Below are positions 28,019-36,889 of a stretch of DNA of 51,119 bases, piece after piece. The notes beneath the pieces were generated by a model, which was not told where the DNA came from, searched no databases, and saw nothing but the letters and a program-made list of their open reading frames with translations. The DNA is from Paracoccaceae bacterium (GTDB lineage Bacteria; Pseudomonadota; Alphaproteobacteria; Rhodobacterales; Rhodobacteraceae): positions 1 through 51,119 of the forward strand of contig JBLIKI010000001.1 of NCBI GenBank assembly GCA_047636235.1. The letters are read 5' to 3'. Position 1 is the first letter of the stretch. Every line of letters begins with the position of its first letter. The position numbers were made by a program, and so were the translations under genes.

Positions 28019-29086
28019 TCAGTCGGTCAGAAAGATGCAGGCGTCGGCGTCCCATCGCAGGGACACTTCGGCGCCCGGTTCGGGGCGGATCGCTGCCTTC
28101 CACGTCAGGCACGACACCAGGATCTCGCCCAAGCCTTCGTGGACGGCGAGGACTTGGGCTCGCTCGCCCAAATAGGAAACTTGCTTGATCCGCGCGCGCA
28201 GCCCCGCAGCCCCCGCGGGGCCGAGGGCGATGCGTTCGGGCCTGAGCGCGACGTGGGCTCGGGCGCCGACGGGGGGCGGGGCGTCCGTGTCGATGGCGAT
28301 GGTTTCCGGCCCGAGGGCGCAGATCGCGGCGCCCCCGTCGTGTCCGGTCACGGTCACCTCGAGGAAGTTCGATTTGCCCAAGAAATTAGCCACGAACGCG
28401 GTGCGCGGGCGGGTATAAAGGTCCTCAGGCGCGCCCTGCTGCTGGATCGCGCCCGCGTTCAAGATCACGATGCGGTCGGACATCGACAGCGCCTCATCCT
28501 GATCGTGGGTGACATAGATGAAGGTGACGCCGAGGCGGTCGTGGAGCGCCTTCAACTCCCACTGCAAATCCGCGCGCAGCTTTTTATCGAGCGCCGACAG
28601 CGGTTCATCCAGAAGCAGCACCTGCGGCTTGAACGACAGCGCCCGCGCCAGCGCCACGCGCTGTTGCTGCCCGCCGGACAATTGCTGCGGCATTCGGTCG
28701 GCGAAGCCCTTCATCTGCACGAGGTCGAGACATTCCTCCACCCGCGCCGCGATGTCGGTTTTGGCCATCTTGCGGACCTTGAGGGGGAAGGCGACGTTGT
28801 CGCGCACCGTCATGGTCGGGAACAGCGCATAGCCTTGGAACACCATGCCGAAGCCGCGATGTTCCGGCGCATCCAGGCTGATGTCGGTCCCGCGCAGCAA
28901 GATCGAGCCTTCGTTCAACGCGGTGAACCCGGCGATGGCGGTCAGCAGCGTGGTCTTGCCCGACCCCGACGGGCCGAGCAGCGTCAGGAACTCCCCCTCC
29001 GCCACGTCAAGATCGACATGGTCCAGCGCGCACGCCTCGCCATAGCGCTTGACCGCGCCGCGCATCGACAGGATCGGATCAGACAT
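28019..29086 (-). CDS. ABC ATP-binding protein (PotA-like, TOBE domain)
   Basis: GPSGSGKT, LSGGQQQRVALARA, LLLDEP and VTHDQ motifs. Confidence 0.96.
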   Translation of the reverse strand: MSDPILSMRGAVKRYGEACALDHVDLDVAEGEFLTLLGPSGSGKTTLLTAIAGFTALNEGSILLRGTDISLDAPEHRGFGMVFQGYALFPTMTVRDNVAFPLKVRKMAKTDIAARVEECLDLVQMKGFADRMPQQLSGGQQQRVALARALSFKPQVLLLDEPLSALDKKLRADLQWELKALHDRLGVTFIYVTHDQDEALSMSDRIVILNAGAIQQQGAPEDLYTRPRTAFVANFLGKSNFLEVTVTGHDGGAAICALGPETIAIDTDAPPPVGARAHVALRPERIALGPAGAAGLRARIKQVSYLGERAQVLAVHEGLGEILVSCLTWKAAIRPEPGAEVSLRWDADACIFLTD

Positions 29087-29172
29087 GTGCCCCCGGCATG
29101 GTTGGCCGTCGCGGCGGGGCGGTGCGCCCCGCGGCTGGTCGGAGAAACTCGACCATGCGAGGGTAGAACTTG

Positions 29173-29211
29173 GAAATTAAAAACCGGCAATGCGAGATAA
29201 TGCACAGTTAT
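29173..29211 (-). promoter_or_regulatory. LysR box B (ATAA-N7-TTAT + N10 + CGGTTTTTAATTTC) upstream of the ABC operon, overlapping the lysR stop codon
   Basis: Minus strand reads ATAActgtgcaTTAT ctcgcattgc CGGTTTTTAATTTC; same architecture as box A. Confidence 0.75.
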
Positions 29212-30110
29212 ATGGTGGCGTCGCCCTGCGCCTCCACATACGCGGCGAAGGCCTGTTGGAATTGCAGCGCCAAGGTCGAGGTCGGGAACAGGTTCGAGGT
29301 GATGGAGTGCACGTTGATCGGCACCTCGGGCACGGTGGGGCGGGCGACCACGGCGGGGTTTGCCTGGCCGATCAGCGCGAAGTTGTCCACCAGCGCCACC
29401 CCCAACCCGCCGGCCACCAGCTCCAACGCCGTTGCGGTATGGCGCACCTCGCAGAAATAGCGCCGCTCCAGCCCCTCGGCGGAGAACACCGCGTCGATCG
29501 CCCGGCCCAGCGGGGTCGCGAAGGCGTAGGAGATGTGTTTGACGTGGTTCAGATCGGTGATGCGGATCCGCTCGCTCAGCGCTAATTCATGATCGGCGGG
29601 GCAGACGCAGACCAGCCGCCCCTTGGCCATCGGGCGCACCGACAGCGCGGAATGGCGCGGCTGGCTGATCGAGAGGCCGAGATCGGCGCTGCCGCTGACC
29701 AGCCGGTCGATGATCTCGTCGATGCTGCCCAGCTCGAATGACAGGAGCAATTTCGGCCGGCCCTGCACGAACGCCGCCAGCACCCGCGGCAAGATCCCGT
29801 GGCCGAGCGACGGCGTGGCGATGATGCTCAGCCGCCCCACCATGCCGCCGCGCAATTCGTCGATGATCGCGCTGACGCGCTTTTGCTGGGCGAAAAGATG
29901 CCGCGCCTCGGCGGCGATGTGCAGCGCCTCGCGCGTGGGCGTCAGGCGGCCATGTTCGCGCACGAACAGCGCGAACCCGACCTGATCCTCGGTGTGGCGG
30001 ATCATGTTGCTGACCGCGGGCTGGGACACGCCCAGCACCTCGGCGGCGCGAGACGTCGCGCCCATCTCGATCACGGCGCACAACACCTCCAACTGGCGGG
30101 CTTTGATCAT
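29208..30110 (-). CDS. LysR-family transcriptional regulator
   Basis: TSRAAEVLGVSQPAVSNMIRHTEDQVGFALFVR HTH; LVAGGLGVALV. Confidence 0.96.
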   Translation of the reverse strand: MIKARQLEVLCAVIEMGATSRAAEVLGVSQPAVSNMIRHTEDQVGFALFVREHGRLTPTREALHIAAEARHLFAQQKRVSAIIDELRGGMVGRLSIIATPSLGHGILPRVLAAFVQGRPKLLLSFELGSIDEIIDRLVSGSADLGLSISQPRHSALSVRPMAKGRLVCVCPADHELALSERIRITDLNHVKHISYAFATPLGRAIDAVFSAEGLERRYFCEVRHTATALELVAGGLGVALVDNFALIGQANPAVVARPTVPEVPINVHSITSNLFPTSTLALQFQQAFAAYVEAQGDATI

Positions 30111-30115
30111 TGGCT

Positions 30116-30154
30116 ATAATCCTGAGTTATCCGAGGGGGTCGGTATTTTATTTC
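30116..30154 (+). promoter_or_regulatory. LysR box A (ATAA-N7-TTAT + N10 + CGGTATTTTATTTC) upstream of the carbamoylase operon
   Basis: Plus strand reads ATAAtcctgagTTAT ccgagggggt CGGTATTTTATTTC; classic T-N11-A dyad in the divergent region. Confidence 0.8.
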
Positions 30155-30208
30155 AGGCTAATCCCCGGCCCGCCTATCTGTAAACCACTCGCAGGCAGGG
30201 AGCGGCCC

Positions 30209-31144
30209 ATGACACGCAAGCAAGTTTTCGCGGTGGCGCAGATGGGGCCGGTGCATCTGGCCGACACCAAGCAGGCCACCGTCGCGCGATTGATCGAGAT
30301 GTTGCGCGAGGCCCATGGCCGCGGCGCCGCTTGGGTCACGTTCCCCGAACTGGCGCTGACCACGTTTTTCCCGCGCTATGTCTATGACACGCCAGAGGAA
30401 TATGACCGGTTCTTCGAAGAAGGCCTGCCATCCCCCGCCATGGCGCCGCTGTTCGACGAGGCGCGGCGTCTGGGGGTCGGCTTCTACCTCGGCTATGCGG
30501 AAAAGTCCGAAGGCGCGGCGGGGGCGCAGCGGTTCAACACCTCGGTTCTGGTCGGGCCGGATGGCGCGATCTTGGGCAAATATCGCAAGATCCACCTGCC
30601 GGGCACAAGCGATCCGATCGGCGATCTGGAATTCGAGCATCTGGAGAAACGCTATTTCCAGGTTGGCGATCTGGGCTTTCCGACCTTTGCGACTCCGTCG
30701 GGGCGCTTCGGCATGTGCATCTGCAACGACCGCCGCTGGCCTGAGACGTTCCGCGTGATGGCCCTGCGCGGGGCGGAGGTGTTCATGCTCGGCTACAACA
30801 CCCCCACCCGCAACATCCACCACCCGGAGCCGGCGCATTTGCGCGAATTCCACCACCGCCTGTCGCTGGAATCGGCGGCCTACCAGAACGCAGCCTGGCT
30901 GATGGCGGCGGCGAAATGCGGGTCCGAGGACGGCTTCGCGATGATCGGCGGATCGGCCATCGTGTCGCCGACCGGCGAGGTGGTCGCCCGCGCGGCGTCC
31001 GAGGACGACGAGGTGATCTCCCACAACTGCGATCTCGATCTGGGAGCGTATATCCGCCGCTCGGTGTTCGATTTCGCGCGGCATCGGCGGGTGGAGCATT
31101 ATGGCCCGATCACCGAACAAACCGGCGTGGAGATACCGAAATGA
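30209..31144 (+). CDS. N-carbamoyl-D-amino-acid amidohydrolase (D-carbamoylase, nitrilase superfamily), 311 aa
   Basis: FPELALTTFFPR (Glu), YRKIHLPG (Lys), ICNDRRWPE (Cys), HLEKRYF and GYNTP, the D-carbamoylase signature set. Confidence 0.93.
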   Translation: MTRKQVFAVAQMGPVHLADTKQATVARLIEMLREAHGRGAAWVTFPELALTTFFPRYVYDTPEEYDRFFEEGLPSPAMAPLFDEARRLGVGFYLGYAEKSEGAAGAQRFNTSVLVGPDGAILGKYRKIHLPGTSDPIGDLEFEHLEKRYFQVGDLGFPTFATPSGRFGMCICNDRRWPETFRVMALRGAEVFMLGYNTPTRNIHHPEPAHLREFHHRLSLESAAYQNAAWLMAAAKCGSEDGFAMIGGSAIVSPTGEVVARAASEDDEVISHNCDLDLGAYIRRSVFDFARHRRVEHYGPITEQTGVEIPK

Positions 31145-31803
31145 CCTTTGCATTGGCGGGCATCGACCCGCAGACCGGGCATATCGGCTTTGCGGTGGCG
31201 ACATCCTCGGTCTGCGTCGGGGCGCGATGCGGGCGGATCGGGGCGGGCTGCGTGGTGTTCTCTCAAGCGCGCACCGACCCGCGGCTGCACAATCATGGCC
31301 TGCGGGCGTTCGCCGCCGGGGGCGATGCGCTGGCGGCGATGCAAGACGCGGCGACCTCGCTGCACTGGCGGCAGTTGGGGGTGCTGAGCGCGGATGGCGC
31401 CCACCATTTCACCGGCGCGTCGTGCCTGCCCCATTGCGGCGGCGTCACCGGCGCCCATAGCCTTGCGCTGGGTAATTATCTCGCCTCGGCCGACGTGCTG
31501 CCCGCGATGATCGCGGGGTTCACCGCCGCCACCGGCCCGTTGACGCAGCGCCTTATGGCAGGGATGCTCGCCGGGCAGGCGGCGGGCGGAGAGATCGACC
31601 CCCTGCAATCGTCGGCCCTTTGCGTCATGGGCGCCGACGATCTGGTGGAGGCCGATTTGCGCGTCGACCGCAGCGCCGATCCGCTCGCCGATCTGGGCGC
31701 GCTATTGGCCGACTGGGCGCCCAAGGAACCGGCCTATCGCCTGCGCGCGATCGACCCCGATGCGGCCCCGCCCTCGTCCGAGGTCGAAGGCCACCATATC
31801 TGA
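31141..31803 (+). CDS. DUF1028 family (Ntn-hydrolase-like) protein, copy 2, 220 aa
   Basis: ATGA-coupled start MTFALAG; VGARC, WRQLGVL, LGNYL, AGGE and DLRVD motifs. Confidence 0.87.
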   Translation: MTFALAGIDPQTGHIGFAVATSSVCVGARCGRIGAGCVVFSQARTDPRLHNHGLRAFAAGGDALAAMQDAATSLHWRQLGVLSADGAHHFTGASCLPHCGGVTGAHSLALGNYLASADVLPAMIAGFTAATGPLTQRLMAGMLAGQAAGGEIDPLQSSALCVMGADDLVEADLRVDRSADPLADLGALLADWAPKEPAYRLRAIDPDAAPPSSEVEGHHI

Positions 31804-31818
31804 CCCGGGAGACCGAGC

Positions 31819-33276
31819 ATGCAGTTCGACACGGTGATCCATGACGGCACGGTGGTCACCGCGTCCGAGACCTGGCGCGGCGACATCGGCATCGCGGACG
31901 GGCGCATCATCGCGCTGGCCGAGCATCTGAGCGGCGGGCTTCACCGCATCGACGCCGGCGGTCGGCTGGTGATGCCCGGCGGGATCGAAAGCCACGCGCA
32001 TATCGCGCAGGAAAGCTCCTCCGGGATCATGTCGGCGGACGACTATTACACCGGCTCGGTGTCCGCGGCGTTCGGCGGCAATTCGTGCTTCATCCCGTTC
32101 GCGGCGCAGCAGCGCGGCCAATCGGTGGACGACGTGATCGCCACCTATGACGCGCGGGCGGAACGCTCGGTCTTGGATTATTCCTATCACCTGATCATCA
32201 CCGACCCGACCGAGGCGGTGCTGCACGATCAGCTGCCGCGGGCGTTCGCGCGGGGGATCACGTCGTTCAAGGTCTTCATGACCTATGATCTGATGAATTT
32301 GGGCGATGCCGGGATGCTGGCGATCCTGACCGTCGCCAAGGCGCACGGCGCGCTGACCATGGTCCACGCTGAGAACGACGCGATGGTGAAATGGATGAAC
32401 GGTCGGCTGGCCGCGGCCGGCCTGACCGCGCCGAAATATCACCCGATCAGCCGCCCGGAACTGGCGGAAGAAGAAGCGATCCACCGCGCCATTTCGCTCG
32501 CGAAGCTGGTCGATGCGCCGCTGTTCGTGGTGCATGTGTCGACCGCGGGCGGCGCCGCGATCGTACAGCGCGAACGGCTGGCGGGGACGCGGCTTTACGC
32601 CGAAACCTGCCCCCACTACCTTGCCTTCACCCGCGACGATCTGGATCGGCCGGGGATGGAGGGGGCGAAATACATCTGCTCTCCGCCGCTCCGCGACGCC
32701 GCCACTCAAGACGCGCTGTGGCGGCACATCGAAGCCGGGACGTTCGATTGCGTCAGCTCAGACCACGCGCCGTATCGCTATGATGAGACGGGAAAATTCC
32801 TCAACGGCGCCGACGCGCCCTATCCCAAGATCGCCAACGGGATGCCGGGGGTGGCGGCGCGGCTGCCATGGCTGTTCTCCGAAGGCGTCGCCGCGGGCCG
32901 GATCACGCCGGAGCGGTTCGTGGCGCTAAGCTCCACCAACGCGGCGCGGATCTTCGGGCTGGCGCGCAAGGGCCGGATCGCGCCGGGCATGGACGCCGAC
33001 ATCGCGATCTGGAACCCTGAAACCCGCCGCACCGTCCGCGCTGGCGATCAGCACGACGCGATGGACTACACCCCGTTCGAGGGGATGGAGCTGACCGGCG
33101 CACCCGAGATCGTGATGACCCGCGGCGCGACGGTGGTGGAGCATGGCGTGCTTACCGCGGAACGTGGGCAGGGCCGCTTCGTGCCCCGCGATCCGGTCAA
33201 CCCCGCCGGGGTGCGCGGCCACCGCGCCAAGGAACTGGACCCGGCGCAGAATTTCGGGGCGGAGATCGCGCCATGA
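31819..33276 (+). CDS. hydA: Dihydropyrimidinase / D-hydantoinase
   Basis: PGGIESHAH, SFKVFMTY (carboxy-Lys), VHAEN, VHVS, ETCPHY, CSPPLR, SSDHAP, DYTPFEG motifs. Confidence 0.95.
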   Translation: MQFDTVIHDGTVVTASETWRGDIGIADGRIIALAEHLSGGLHRIDAGGRLVMPGGIESHAHIAQESSSGIMSADDYYTGSVSAAFGGNSCFIPFAAQQRGQSVDDVIATYDARAERSVLDYSYHLIITDPTEAVLHDQLPRAFARGITSFKVFMTYDLMNLGDAGMLAILTVAKAHGALTMVHAENDAMVKWMNGRLAAAGLTAPKYHPISRPELAEEEAIHRAISLAKLVDAPLFVVHVSTAGGAAIVQRERLAGTRLYAETCPHYLAFTRDDLDRPGMEGAKYICSPPLRDAATQDALWRHIEAGTFDCVSSDHAPYRYDETGKFLNGADAPYPKIANGMPGVAARLPWLFSEGVAAGRITPERFVALSSTNAARIFGLARKGRIAPGMDADIAIWNPETRRTVRAGDQHDAMDYTPFEGMELTGAPEIVMTRGATVVEHGVLTAERGQGRFVPRDPVNPAGVRGHRAKELDPAQNFGAEIAP

Positions 33277-33929
33277 CCGCAATCGGCCCCATCGTGATGA
33301 TCAACCCCAACAGCGCCGCGGGCGTCACCATCGGGATGCGAGAGGCGCTGGCGCCCTATGCCCTCGCCCACGGCCCGGCGTTCGAGTGCGTGGATTTCCC
33401 CGCAGGCCCCGCCACCATCGCGACGGCTGAGGACGTGGCCCGCGCGGCGATCATGCTGCTCGACTACGCCCGCGCCCGGCCCGATGCGTCAGCCTTTGTG
33501 ATCGCGTGCTTTTCGGACCCCGGCTTGGACCTGTTGCGCGCCTCGATCCCCCAGCCGGTGCTCGGCTTGCAGGAAACCGGCGTGCTGACCGCCATGGCGC
33601 GCGCCGACATGTTCGGGATCATCGCGCTGTCGCCCCGTGCCGCGGCGCGCCACCGTCTGCGCTTGCGCCAGATGGGGGTGCTGCCGCGGATGGTGGCCGA
33701 ACTCGGGCTGTCGGGGGTGTCGGCGCTCGATGCCGGAACCTCGGACGCGGTGTTTGCGGAAACGTCGGCGCGCGGGCGCGATCTGGTGGCGATGGGCGCC
33801 GGGGCGATCGTGCTCGGCTGCGCGGGCTTCGCGCCGCGGCGCAGGGCGCTGGAGGACGCGCTCGGCGTCGCGGTGATCGACCCGGTGCAGGCCGCGGCAG
33901 GCATGGCGCTGGCGGCGGCGCTGGCCTAG
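33273..33929 (+). CDS. Asp/Glu/hydantoin racemase family protein
   Basis: INPNS, IACFSDPG and LGCAG (two catalytic Cys), VIDPVQAA; ATGA overlap with hydA. Confidence 0.92.
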   Translation: MTAIGPIVMINPNSAAGVTIGMREALAPYALAHGPAFECVDFPAGPATIATAEDVARAAIMLLDYARARPDASAFVIACFSDPGLDLLRASIPQPVLGLQETGVLTAMARADMFGIIALSPRAAARHRLRLRQMGVLPRMVAELGLSGVSALDAGTSDAVFAETSARGRDLVAMGAGAIVLGCAGFAPRRRALEDALGVAVIDPVQAAAGMALAAALA

Positions 33930-33961
33930 CGGCATCCTTTCAGCCCGCGAAATCGGGCGGC

Positions 33962-33974
33962 ATTGTCAGATAAT
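33962..33974. promoter_or_regulatory. Candidate FadR/GntR-type operator ATTGTCAGATAAT
   Basis: Near-palindrome resembling TNGT-N3-ACNA, ~26 nt before the dehydrogenase start. Confidence 0.35.
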
Positions 33975-34000
33975 TGCATCGCATACGGGACGGAGCCCCC

Positions 34001-34981
34001 ATGAACATTGTCTTTCACGGTCGCAACGCCGCTGTCTTTCGCCCGGGGCTGGAGGCGCTGCTGGACGCTCTGCCGGACACGCCGCACCGGATCGACACCG
34101 TGTCAGACGCGCTCGATGGCGCGGGCGAGGCCGCGATTTTCGCCGCCGCCGATGTGATCGTCGGCGTGGCGCTGACGCCCGCGCATCAGGCCCCCGCGAC
34201 GCTGAAGCTCTATCAAGCGCCCGCGGCGGGGGTGGATGCCATCGACGTCGCGGCGCTGCCGGGCGGCGCGGCGCTGTGCAATGCCTACGGCCACGAAATC
34301 GCCATCGCCGAATATGTCATGACCGCGCTGCTGTCGCGCCATGTGCCGCTGGCGGATGCCGACGTGCGGCTGCGCGCCGGGGATTGGCGCTATTTGGCGG
34401 GGGCCGAGGGGGGGCTGCGGTCCGAGCTTGGGTCGCAGTCCATCGGCATCATCGGCTATGGCCATATCGGCAAGTCGGTGGCGGCGCGCGCGGCGGCGTT
34501 CGGGATGAAGGTTCATGTCGCCAACCGCACGCCGGTCGCCGATCCGGCCGGTCTGGCCGGGCTCCATGCGCTGCCCGATCTGGCGGCGATGATGGGGCAG
34601 GTCGACGTGGTGCTGAACACGCTGCCGCTGATGGACGACACCCGCGGCATGATCGGCGCGCGGGAATTGGCGGCGATGCGCGCGCACGCGATCATCCTCA
34701 ATGTCGGCCGCGGCGCGGTGATCGACGAAGACGCGCTGTTCGACGCGTTGGAGCGCCGCGCCATTGGTGGCGCGATCATCGACACCTGGTATGTCTATCC
34801 CGGCGCCGGGGACGCCCATCCGATGCCGGGCCATCGCCCGTTCCACACCTTGCCCAACCTGGTGATGACCCCGCACATGTCAGCCTGGACCGAGGGAACC
34901 GTCGCCCGCCGCCGCGCGACCATCGCCGACAACGTCAACCGGCTGGCGAGGGGCGAGCCGCTGATCAACCGCGTCCGCTAG
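34001..34981 (+). CDS. D-isomer-specific 2-hydroxyacid dehydrogenase, 326 aa
   Basis: GIIGYGHIG, NVGRGAVIDE, IDTW and MTPHMS motifs. Confidence 0.93.
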   Translation: MNIVFHGRNAAVFRPGLEALLDALPDTPHRIDTVSDALDGAGEAAIFAAADVIVGVALTPAHQAPATLKLYQAPAAGVDAIDVAALPGGAALCNAYGHEIAIAEYVMTALLSRHVPLADADVRLRAGDWRYLAGAEGGLRSELGSQSIGIIGYGHIGKSVAARAAAFGMKVHVANRTPVADPAGLAGLHALPDLAAMMGQVDVVLNTLPLMDDTRGMIGARELAAMRAHAIILNVGRGAVIDEDALFDALERRAIGGAIIDTWYVYPGAGDAHPMPGHRPFHTLPNLVMTPHMSAWTEGTVARRRATIADNVNRLARGEPLINRVR

Positions 34982-35669
34982 GTCACGCCTGCGCGCAACA
35001 GCACGACCGTCGCGCTGTCGAAATGCTCGGCGATGGCTGCTTCGGCACGGCCCGGGTCTTGGGCCATGATCGCGGCGCCGATGCGCTGGTGGCAGCGGAT
35101 GTTCTCAGCGCGGTTTTCGGCGTTGGCGCGGCTGCGCCGGCCGATATGCCCGGTCTGGCGGGTCACCACGCGGAACGATGCCACCATCATCGCACAAAGT
35201 GGACTGCCCGACGCGCGGGCGATCCCTTTGTGGAACAGGATGTCGAGCTCCGTCACCCCATCCGGCGCGTTGAGCGCATTGAGCATCCGCTCGGTGATCT
35301 CCTTCAGCTCGCGCGCCTCGGCGTCGCTGCGGCGCAGGGCGGTGAGACTGGCGGTCCGCAGCTCCAGCGTCCGGCGCATGTCGAGCGCTTGCTGGATGTT
35401 TAATTGCCGGATGTGGACGGTGTGATCCAAGATCATGCTCAGCGCCCCGGCATCCGGGGCGGCGACGCGCGCGCGGCGGCCATTGCCGATTTCCAGAATG
35501 CGCAGGGCGGCTAGCGCGCGAAACGCCGAACCGCTCCGCCATGGCGGTCTCGCTCGGCAGCACGTCGCCAGGTTTGAGCTGGCGGGCGCGCAGATGTCGA
35601 CGATGGAGCGCTACACCAGCTCGGAGCGGGCGGGATCCGTGCGGGTGATTGTGGGATCGGATCGGTCAT
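34978..35669 (-). pseudogene. FadR/GntR regulator pseudogene
   Basis: Intact FCD part (34978-35436). The HTH (LKPGDVLPSETAMAERFGVSR) is in another frame, with an upstream in-frame stop and loss of the VREA helix. Confidence 0.85.
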
Positions 35670-35717
35670 GCTGCCTGACGCTATAATGGGTGCGCGAAGC
35701 GCGGCTGCCCCCGCGCG

Positions 35718-36889
35718 TCAGCCAAGCGCGCCGTCGCGCCGCCGAATGAAATAGACGTCGCGCCCGACCTGACCGTCCTTGGGCGCGATTTCCAACGGCG
35801 GCTCGCCCGCCCCGCAATGGGCGTCGCCGAGCGGCGATCCCGCCGATTGCGCGATGGGGGGTGGCGCGAGGTCAGCGCCGCGATCCCGTCCGGCCCCTTG
35901 GCGGTGTGCAGGATTGCTGATCGCCGGCGGATAGCGCAAAGGACGCCGCCGCCAGCGCCGCCTCGCACGTCGCCTCGGCCCCCACCCACGACGCCAACGC
36001 GTCATGATCCACCGCGTCACTGGCGAACCTGTCCGCACAGGCCACATCGATCTGGCGGCCGGTGATGAGCGAGCGGCCGCCCGACGCCACCGCGATCCGC
36101 TCAAGCTTGGCGGGGGGAGGAACTCAGCCCGCTCCAGCGCAATTCCCGGTCTTGATCCACGGATCAGGCAGCGCGCATTCGACGCCTGAGGACCCGACGA
36201 TGAACGTCCCCATCGCGCTCGCCCCCCCCGATGCGGCGCTTCGCGCGCCCGGGCTTGGACCGCGCGGTCGTAGACGTCGATCAGCGCCTCGCCCGCGGCG
36301 GTGTCTGCGAACCTTGCGGCCGGGTCTGCATCCGCTGCCCCCCCGCCACCAACAGCGCCAGCGGCGCGTCGGCCTGGCGTGATGGGTGAACCAGCAGGTC
36401 CGATTCCGCCATTGGTTTCGCGGGGCGCCGCCCCATCGTCGGATGGCGCTCGATGCGATGGTTGGCGCCCGGATAGGCCGCGAACCGATGCCCCTGAGAC
36501 GTCCGGCGGCGCAGCTGTGGCGCGCCGACCAGCACAACCGCGCTGCGCTTGCCGAACGCCGCCAGCCCCAGATCCGGCGCCCTCCCGATCAACCCAGGAT
36601 GCGGCGCGCTGTCGAGGGTGGAGCAGACCGTATGGTGGCTCCAGCCCGCGCCGAGCCCGCGCCGCTGGGCGAAGATTGCTGGAAAACGGGTGTCGATCCA
36701 CTCGGTCGGGCGGCGGCGGCCGTCCCCGGCCAGCCCGATCGCGCGGGCGTGGGGAAAGGCGGCGCGCTCTGCGTTCGGCGGCAGACGGGTGAACCGGACG
36801 GCATGGATGCCACGGGACGCCAGCGCTTCCAAACCATCGGTCGAGCCGGTGAAATCGTCGCCATACCGGGACGGCAGCGGCGCGGTCAT
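35718..36889 (-). pseudogene. oiaK: Four-carbon acid sugar kinase (DUF1537) pseudogene, 3-oxo-isoapionate kinase-like
   Basis: YGDDFTGSTD, VCSTLDSAP, RHPTM..P..PMAESDL and C-terminal LEIAPKDGQVG (normally LKGGQVG), spread over several frames. Confidence 0.8.

Noticed and set aside
31819-33276. GGIESHAH (Glu for the usual Asp in GGIDxHxH) as a sign of inactivity
   Set aside because: Conservative change; both His ligands, carboxy-Lys, the other His residues and the catalytic Asp are retained.
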